From an uncultured Chloroflexia bacterium (GTDB lineage: Bacteria; Chloroflexota; Anaerolineae; JAAYZQ01): a stretch of DNA of 64,000 nucleotides. Below the pieces are notes generated by a model that saw only the letters and a program-made list of their open reading frames with translations, had not been told where the DNA came from and did not search any database. Positions 58,071 to 64,000 of the stretch are shown here, piece by piece. The DNA is taken from contig CAVPBH010000020.1 of NCBI GenBank assembly GCA_963701775.1, positions 221,527-285,526 of the forward strand. Reading direction: 5' to 3'. Numbering within the stretch: the first letter of the stretch is position 1; each line of letters starts with the position of its first letter. The translations under genes and the position numbers were made by a program.

Positions 58071-59060
58071 ATGAAAATCTCTGTGATCGCCACGGTGCTG
58101 AACGAAGGCCCTTCCATCGAGCGGCTGCTGGAGTCGCTCGCCGGCCAGAGCCGTCCGCCCGACGAGGTCGTGGTCGTCGACGGCGGCTCGACCGACGGCA
58201 CCGCTGCCGCCCTCAGGGCATGGGCCGCTGCCGGCCGGCTGCCCGTCAAGACCGTCGTGCGGCCGGGGGCGAACATCTCCCAGGGCCGGAACGCCGCGGT
58301 TGCGGCTGCCACAGGCGACGTCATAGCCTCGACCGACGCCGGCGTACGGCTCGAGCCGGGCTGGCTGGAGGCGCTCGTCGCGCCCTTTGAGGACGAGGAA
58401 GGATCACGCGTGGAGGTGGTCTCAGGCTGGTTCGTCGCCGATCCGCAGACCCTCTTCGAGACGGCGATGGGGGCCACTGTGCTGCCCCGCCGGCGCGAGG
58501 TGAAGGTAGATACCTTCTTGCCCTCCAGCCGCTCCGTGGCCTTTCGGAAGGCGGCCTGGGAGGCAGCCGGCGGCTACCCGGAGTGGCTGGACTATTGCGA
58601 GGACCTCGTCTTTGACCTGAAGCTGCGGGAGCTGTATGGGGCCTTCCCCTTTGAGCCCACGGCCAGGGTGCACTTTCGACCGCGCGGCAGCCTGCGCACG
58701 TTCTGGAAGCAGTACTACCGCTACGCGCGCGGCGACGGCAAGGCCAACCTGTGGCGGAGGCGCCATGCCATCCGCTACCTGACCTACCTGGTGCTGCTGC
58801 CGGGGTTGGTGGGGCTGGCGCTGCGCGATTCGCCCTGGTGGTGGCTCGCGTTGGCGCTCGGCGCTGCTGCCTACACAGCCACGCCCTACCTGCGCCTGTG
58901 GCCGAGCCTGGCAGGCTACTCGTGGCCGGACCGGATCAAGGCTGTGCTGTTGGTGCCTGTCATCCGCGTCGTAGGGGACTGTGCCAAGATGGTTGGCTAC
59001 CCGGTGGGGCGGTTCTGGCGGTGGAGGAGTCGCGGCCGGGCCGAAATCCACTGGCGTTGA
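58071..59060 (+). CDS. family 2 glycosyltransferase
   Basis: MKISVIATVLNEGPSIERLLESLAGQSRPPDEVVVVDGGSTDGT… and DAG motif (ASTDAG); C-terminal TM segments; intact. Confidence 0.85.
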   Translation: MKISVIATVLNEGPSIERLLESLAGQSRPPDEVVVVDGGSTDGTAAALRAWAAAGRLPVKTVVRPGANISQGRNAAVAAATGDVIASTDAGVRLEPGWLEALVAPFEDEEGSRVEVVSGWFVADPQTLFETAMGATVLPRRREVKVDTFLPSSRSVAFRKAAWEAAGGYPEWLDYCEDLVFDLKLRELYGAFPFEPTARVHFRPRGSLRTFWKQYYRYARGDGKANLWRRRHAIRYLTYLVLLPGLVGLALRDSPWWWLALALGAAAYTATPYLRLWPSLAGYSWPDRIKAVLLVPVIRVVGDCAKMVGYPVGRFWRWRSRGRAEIHWR

Positions 59061-59072
59061 GCCGGGCGCCGC

Positions 59073-59380
59073 TCACTCCTGCTCGGTTGCTTCTCGCTCC
59101 TCATACCACTCGTCCTCGTCGGGCCAGTCGACGGCCCAATCGAGCTCCAGGGGCTCCAGGGCGATAACCTCCAACTGGGTGTCGCATAGGAGATATCGAT
59201 GGCCCAGTCGAGCTCCAGGGGCTCCAGGGCGATGACCTCCAACTGGGTATCGCAGTAGGGACAGAGGAGCTTTTGCCCAAGCCTGGGGTTGCTCAGGCCA
59301 AGCTGCCCATCGCAATCGGGGCAATAGCCGGTTGCCACAGAGCGGGTTCCTCCCTTCCTCTCCTGATCGTGCGGTAGCAT
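59073..59380 (-). pseudogene. LysW-like zinc-ribbon amino-group carrier protein disrupted by a 68-bp tandem duplication
   Basis: …GYCPDCDGQLGLSNPRLGQKLLCPYCDTQLEVIALEPLELDWA then the duplicated segment re-read out of frame. The second copy restores …CDTQLEVIALEPLELDWAVDWPDEDEWYEEREATEQE-stop (acidic tail typical of LysW) only in another frame. Confidence 0.5.
59133..59268 (+). repeat. 2 x 68-bp imperfect tandem duplication (3 mismatches in the 54-bp core)
   Basis: ggcccaatcgagctccaggggctccagggcgataacctccaactgggtgtcgca… versus ggcccagtcgagctccaggggctccagggcgatgacctccaactgggtatcgca… Period 68 bp is not a multiple of 3. Confidence 0.75.
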
Positions 59381-59500
59381 ATCCCGGGACCGGGAAAAAG
59401 TCAAGAGCAAGCAGCGAAACGGACCTGTCGCCGGTGCACTGTGAGATTCGGCAGTCCGTGTCAAATCAAATGATAATGTCACCGAAGGCGAGTCACTCAC

Positions 59501-60811
59501 TCAAATGATAATGTCACCGGTGAAGCCGCCTCCTTTGTTAGTACTTGTGAACAGGCCAGTGGGTCCTGCTTCTGAACCTGCGCGCCGGAGTTGGAGACGG
59601 TAAGCAGCGTCTGCCGGACATACTCGGTAATACCAGGAGCCGCGCCAGGCAGAGAGAGAAGGCGGTCCAAGAGCTCGTGGACTCTTGCCGTAACCGGCGA
59701 GGGTTGGTGCGGTCTCGCAGAGCTTGGCGTTCTCCTGTTGCAGCAGGTTGATGGCGATGGTTGCGCACAGGAGGTCGAAGGGAGTAGAGGTCTGATCGTA
59801 GCGGCGTTTCACCGGAGTGGCTTGTTCTCCTTTTCGGGAGAAGGACTTTTCGGTCAAGCGCATGACAGGCTGAAAGAGGTTGTAGTAGACCCACATCCTG
59901 TCGTACAGCTGGTTGGCGACCAGGGTTTGGGCAACGGTGTCGAGGCGGTCAAAGCCAAGGAAGGCACGGACCAGGGTAGAGTTCTTCTGCTCGACGATGC
60001 GGTTGTCATTCTTCTGATAGGGTAGACTGCGAGACAGACGAACCGTTGGGCCAGTTGTTTCCAGAAGCGAAGCAGGTGGTTGTTGAAGAAGGCGGAGTCG
60101 TTGTCGGGATGAACCTCGAGCACGGGGAAGGGGAGACGGGCCAGAATCCGGCTGAAACCATCTTGAATCACCAGATAACTTCGACCAAAGACAGCGACGC
60201 GCTCGCTCCAGCCGGTGGCGACGTCAACCATTTGGAGGGTGCACAAGTACTCGCCCGAGGCGCTGAAGCGACAATGGTGAACCAAGTCCACCTCGAAATG
60301 ACCAGGTTGATGCTCATCCCAGGGGATGCGTCTCATCGGTACATCACGGAGGGCAGCGTTGGGTTGTCTGGGGTTCTTGCGCGGCAAGCGCGGCTGATCT
60401 TGTTGGATGCGGGCCAGGATGCGGCCCACGGTGGAGACGCTGATCCGCTCCAGTTGGTACAACAGTGCAGAAGAGGTCTCCAGTTCCGCATGGGCAGCGA
60501 GGTGGCTGGCTAGCCAGGGCAAGTTGGGTGTGAGACGCTCAGCACAGATGTAGTCCATGCTTTCGGCGATGACGCGGAGAGCGTCGTCAACCACTGGCCC
60601 ATAGACACGAACCGCGTTGCCGGCAACGCGGTCGACGTTCCAGGCTACCGCTCATCAGCAGAATCAGGGTTTTGCGATCGAGCTTAGTGACGGTCTGCAT
60701 CTCGTCCAACAGACGTCCCTGCTCCTTGCGGCCGGCCTGGAGATAGCGCTTTTGCATAAGGTGAAGGTACTTCCGGCGTTCGTCAATCGTCATTTCGTCC
60801 TCGATGGCCAT
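59501..60811 (-). CDS. DDE (rve/integrase-core-like) transposase of the IS, split over three frames (two frameshifts near 60590 and 59875)
   Basis: N-terminal HTH part (ORF 60587..60811: MTIDERRKYLHLMQKRYLQAGRKEQGRLLDEM…). Catalytic core (ORF 59854..60594: …WDEHQPGHFEVDLVHHC…LEVHPDNDSAFFNNHLLRFWKQL…). C-terminal part (ORF 59501..59896: …YYNLFQPVMRLTEK…KRRYDQTSTPFDLL). Confidence 0.6.
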
Positions 60812-60838
60812 CGTTCCCCCGGTGACATTATCATTTGA
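59501..60838 (-). mobile_element. IS element (about 1.34 kb) bounded by 19-bp inverted repeats TCAAATGATAATGTCACCG; an extra IR copy lies 16 bp outside the left end (59466-59484)
   Basis: Left IR 59501-59519 and right IR 60820-60838 are perfect inverse complements. Internal transposase reading frames. Additional IR copies at 59466-59484 and 51905-51925. Confidence 0.7.
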
Positions 60839-61109
60839 CCGAACGATACCATCTCGGTGATATTATTACATGACTGAATACGCAGTCTTCTGCTTCCGAA
60901 TCGCATGTGGTAGAATGGCTTGATACAAGCGATTCCCGATGGCCGGAACTGCACGTCGTGTTGAAGAACTCGGCCACTGGGGAAGAACTGAGGCCCAACC
61001 CATGACAGACCTGAGACAAGGCCTGTAACTCGGTAGGACATGAGCTAGACTGGTTCTTCCAATGGTGGGAGATTTGCCGTAGCCACGAGCTAAGCTGTGG
61101 GAGAAGACG

Positions 61110-61440
61110 TTGTGCACCTACAACGAAGAGGACACCAAGTTGCACCTGATCACGCCGGCGCTGGCGCGGGCCGGCTGGACGGAGCTGCACGTTACGATGG
61201 GGTACCCCATCACCGCCGGGCATATCCTGCTGCGCGGCGAAGGGCAACACCGCCAACTGCCGCCCAAGAAAGCCGACTATCCTGCGCTACGCCGAGTCCT
61301 TTCTGATTGCCGAGGTGGAGACCTAGGACGAGGAACGTTGCATCGGTGCGGGACTTCAGCAGGCCAAGAGCTACGCCGAGATTTCGAGCTCTGCAATCCT
61401 ACCGTCGAGGAGGAAGCATGCCAAGTCTCTCGTCACTATG
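61110..61440 (+). pseudogene. fragment of a type I/III restriction enzyme R-subunit N-terminal (HSDR_N-like) domain with frameshift and in-frame TAG
   Basis: EEDTKLHLITPALARAGWTE…GHILLRGEGQHRQLPPKKADY then a shift to LRYAESFLIAEVET-TAG-DEERCIGAGLQQAKSYAEI. The HSDR_N motif resembles (R/K)ADY…AVVEAK…G..QA..YA. TGGTAGAAT extended -10 at about 60905. Confidence 0.4.
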
Positions 61441-61701
61441 AAGCTCATCTTGGGCGCCGTTGCAGCGGCGGCTGTGGTGTTTGCAGGCATTCTAGGCAAT
61501 GAGCTGTCAAAGAACATAGCCTATGCTTTCACAAGGTCAGGGTCGAAACCGAGGAGCAAGCCAAAGCTGATTTGGGCGCTGTTCTTTGTGTCCGCCGCGG
61601 TTGGGGTCACTCTCAGCACCTGGATTGCCCTGGCCCCCTGCCACTTGGCGGTGTCCGTGTTGAGGGCGAAGGAAGGAGCCTACTTGTCGGCTGATGATTA
61701 G
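61438..61701 (+). CDS. hypothetical small membrane protein (87 aa, two predicted TM segments)
   Basis: MKLILGAVAAAAVVFAGILGN… and …LIWALFFVSAAVGVTLSTWIALAP; lower-GC block; no family recognised. Confidence 0.3.
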   Translation: MKLILGAVAAAAVVFAGILGNELSKNIAYAFTRSGSKPRSKPKLIWALFFVSAAVGVTLSTWIALAPCHLAVSVLRAKEGAYLSADD

Positions 61702-62491
61702 ACAGGCTCTTCAATATGGCAAGCGCAGTTCGATTCGGAGATTCGAACTGCGGAGTTGGAGGATCTCGACTGGACACCGGGGCCGTGAGGTGCTCGTTGG
61801 ATTCAATTGCTCTGGTGCTCGTGGAGGTCGTCTCTTGGCCTTGGACGATTCGGGCAGATCACTCGATGAGTACAATACCTGGAAACCAACCATCTACGCT
61901 GGCCCGGACAGTGGCGCATCCTGCGTGATGGATGTGCTGACAACGACGCCAGGCGACGGCCATAAGGTAATCGTGGTTGCTTCCCGAGACTCGTACTGGT
62001 ACGCGTCAAAGCTCACGGTATTGGAGTTCGAGCGGGGCAAGTTCCACGAGAAAAGCGAGTACTGGAACCCGGGCTATCTCTACAGGCTGTATGCTGGAGA
62101 TGTCGACGGCGACCACACGGAGGAAATCGTCTGCTCTGGCGAGAACAATGATCTGAAAACCACGTTGGCCCTTGGGCGAAATGTCTACGTTGTCTTCGCT
62201 CTTGACAGTGCCAATATCGCTGGGCAAGCCCCTCCCATGCTGGGTGATGCTGCGCCCGGCAGCGAGCTCTGGTATGCTTATGTGACTCCAGATGGGCCTT
62301 CCATAGGGGGGGTGAGATTCATTGATATCGATGGGGAGGGTGTCGCTGAGTTCCACATTGATTTGTCAGACGCCTGCTCGTGGTATCTGGACAAGCAGGG
62401 AAACGTGGTCAGCCGTGGCATTGGCAGCGCTTGCAGGGGCGAAAGCCAATTGAACGTCATCCCAAGGAGTGAGTCCCGCCGTTCCCCGTAA
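61694..62491 (+). CDS. hypothetical protein with FG-GAP/VCBS-like Asp-rich repeats
   Basis: YAGDVDGDHTEEIVCSGENND and RFIDIDGEGVAEFHIDLSD resemble FG-GAP calcium-binding loops. Start may lie downstream of the 61725-61751 hairpin. Confidence 0.35.
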   Translation: MIRQALQYGKRSSIRRFELRSWRISTGHRGREVLVGFNCSGARGGRLLALDDSGRSLDEYNTWKPTIYAGPDSGASCVMDVLTTTPGDGHKVIVVASRDSYWYASKLTVLEFERGKFHEKSEYWNPGYLYRLYAGDVDGDHTEEIVCSGENNDLKTTLALGRNVYVVFALDSANIAGQAPPMLGDAAPGSELWYAYVTPDGPSIGGVRFIDIDGEGVAEFHIDLSDACSWYLDKQGNVVSRGIGSACRGESQLNVIPRSESRRSP

Positions 62492-62959
62492 TCTGGAGTA
62501 GATCCTGGGCAGCCTGCCATCCGGAGGCTTGCCCTCCGAACAGAAGACCCGCTTCCCAGCAGGCAACGGATCCTCATGTCCGTCATGGCGGCGCGCTTTG
62601 GCGTCGCAGTCAAGCCCGGCGTGGCCGTGGGCTGCACCAGGAAGCCGATGCGGTCGTTGCTCGCCAGTCTCTTCATCGAGTACACGCTTACGCGGGCGAC
62701 GCATATCGATTCCAGCGAGCATACGTCCCATTTCAGGCGCGGAGTTGGCAAGCGTGAGTACGTCCCTCACGGACTCGACCTTCTTGTTTTGCGATTGCAG
62801 GTGTGTCTCTGTCCTCAGCTGAAAGGCCACGTTCGCGCCCTCAGCAATCAGGAAATCATGCCAAAGTCCGTCCATCCTGGTGCACCTGGCCGCCTTGGGT
62901 AGTGGAGTGGTCTTGGACTGCTCCACAACAGGCAATCTGGCGCATGTAGACACGAGCAT
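62366..62959 (-). CDS. hypothetical ORF in lower-GC block (possible mobile/defence remnant); family not recognised
   Basis: 197-aa ORF (…MDGLWHDFLIAEGANVAFQLRTETHLQSQNKKVESVRDVLTLANSAPEM…). Region has several overlapping ORFs on both strands, so coding status uncertain. Confidence 0.2.
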   Translation of the reverse strand: MLVSTCARLPVVEQSKTTPLPKAARCTRMDGLWHDFLIAEGANVAFQLRTETHLQSQNKKVESVRDVLTLANSAPEMGRMLAGIDMRRPRKRVLDEETGEQRPHRLPGAAHGHAGLDCDAKARRHDGHEDPLPAGKRVFCSEGKPPDGRLPRIYSRLRGTAGLTPWDDVQLAFAPASAANATADHVSLLVQIPRAGV

Positions 62960-63413
62960 CGGGCTGATAGACGCACTCCTTTGGCAGGAGCGTGCGTGCT
63001 CCGCGACCGATCAGACCAGCCGGCTGAGATCCACGTCTAGCCCAGCGGCTTCGAGCTCTCGGACGATCTGGAGGCGCCTAGCACCTGCAGGACCCATCGG
63101 CACCCACAGCACGCCGATGAAGTCAGTAGGGATCTCCATGTCTCCGCTATGCAGTGCGCAGGCTCTTTGGCAGCCCAGTCTTCCGACAAAGATACCCGGC
63201 TCGACAAGGCGACGATGTCGGCGCAATGATCATGTCACAGTATCGCCCACCTGGAAAAGAGCCAGCAGACGGCCTGGTGTCTCATCATCTCTCGAGCGCC
63301 TGCCAGCCGGGAACCCTTCCTTGCCCTACAGCGTCTCTAAGACAAGGCAACCTACCAAGATAACCGGCAGGTGCAGGAGTACTTTCCGAGGAAAAGGGAG
63401 ATGGAGGTGTAAG

Positions 63414-64000
63414 ATGTTCAGGCGTACTATACTGGCGTTCGCAATGATTGCCGCGCTGCTCTTGCCCGGCGCGGCCCTGGCCGAAGGTCCCATCAGTCCG
63501 AACCATTCCGATCCGAGCTGGCAGGCATCCTACTGGAACAACGTGGACCTATCCGGCACGCCTATCCTTGAGCCGAGGAGAGACCGACCTCAGCTACAAC
63601 TGGGGCTACGGCTCGCCCGACCCGGCCGTCGTAGTCGACAACTTTTCCGCGCGCTGGACCCGCTACCTGTACATGGAACAGGCCGGCACCTATCGCTTTA
63701 CCATCACCGGCGATGATGGCGTTCGCGTCTTTGTCGACGACGTCCAGGTCATCAATGGCTGGTGGGATCATGGCGCCCAGACCTTCACCGCCGACCGGGC
63801 GCTGAGCGCGGGGCACCACCTGGTGCGCGTCGAGTTCTACGAGCGCGCCGGCGTGGCCGTCTGCCAGTTCTCCTGGACCCAGGTCGTGCCGATCACCAAC
63901 TGGCGCGGCGAGTACTACAACAACAAAACTCTGAGCGGGTCGCCTGCCCTGGTGCGCGACGACGCCAGCATCAACTTTGACTGGGGCGCGGGCTCGCCCG
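63414..64000 (+). CDS. secreted PA14-domain protein, 5' part (continues beyond window); one apparent frameshift near 63585
   Basis: GGAGG Shine-Dalgarno; signal peptide MFRRTILAFAMIAALLLPGAALA; SYWNNVDLSGTPIL then a shift to ETDLSYNWGYGSPDPAVVVDNFSARWTRYLYMEQAGTYRFTITGDDGVRVFVDD…WRGEYYNNKTLSGSPALVRDDASINFDWGAGSP (two PA14-like repeats). Confidence 0.6.

Noticed and set aside
61725-61751. sequence GCAGTTCGAttcggagatTCGAACTGC resembling a tRNA T-arm
   Set aside because: It is a simple 9-bp-stem hairpin. No acceptor stem, D-arm or anticodon arm can be folded around it, so not a tRNA.

Overview
High-GC bacterial chromosomal window of about 60 recognisable genes. Many starts are GTG/TTG and neighbouring genes often overlap by ATGA/GTGA.

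The centre, about 15.4-37.8 kb, is one minus-strand catabolic island. It holds two tungsten-type aldehyde:ferredoxin oxidoreductases (AOR) with a ferredoxin and a MoaD-like carrier, and three ATZ/TRZ-type amidohydrolases including an SsnA-like one. It also holds a PreA/DHOD-like Fe-S flavoenzyme, an M20 peptidase, an Ftr/FhcD-like formyltransferase, a GlcD/GlcF-like oxidase pair, an FGGY kinase and a class-I aldolase. At its upstream end sits a non-pyrrolysine corrinoid methyltransferase module of two MttB-family genes, one MtmB-family gene and a B12-binding corrinoid protein. A divergent GntR/HutC regulator and a CUT1 ABC importer (38.0-43.4 kb) lie beside it, with a third ATZ/TRZ amidohydrolase after the ATPase.

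Downstream of the island on the same strand (15.2-8.0 kb) is a redox cluster bracketed by two ArsR regulators. It contains two thioredoxin-like proteins, a GcvH-like protein, two DGC-domain proteins, OsmC, a TlpA-like thioredoxin, CcdA, tiny coupled ORFs, XdhC, and a radical-SAM/SPASM enzyme with an N-terminal AbrB-like domain, which is a candidate tungsten-cofactor maturase for the AORs.

A decayed arsenic-resistance module (PadR, DUF318 permease, ArsD-like, ACR3, ArsC) at 3.7-7.5 kb carries a very high local density of frameshifts. The window ends (0-2.2 kb and 45-64 kb) carry a second CUT1 transporter, HtrA, a two-component system and an MprF-like protein. They also carry a Gfo/Idh/MocA oxidoreductase, GNATs, a Zn-ADH, a GH5-like/GT-C/GT2 glycosylation trio, a LysW-like gene broken by a 68-bp tandem duplication, and a 1.34-kb IS element with 19-bp inverted repeats. 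A lower-GC block at the end holds an HsdR N-terminal fragment and a secreted PA14 protein.

No rRNA, tRNA or CRISPR array was recognised. Many genes show single frameshifts; from sequence alone I cannot tell pseudogenisation from indel sequencing error, except that the density is strongly localised.
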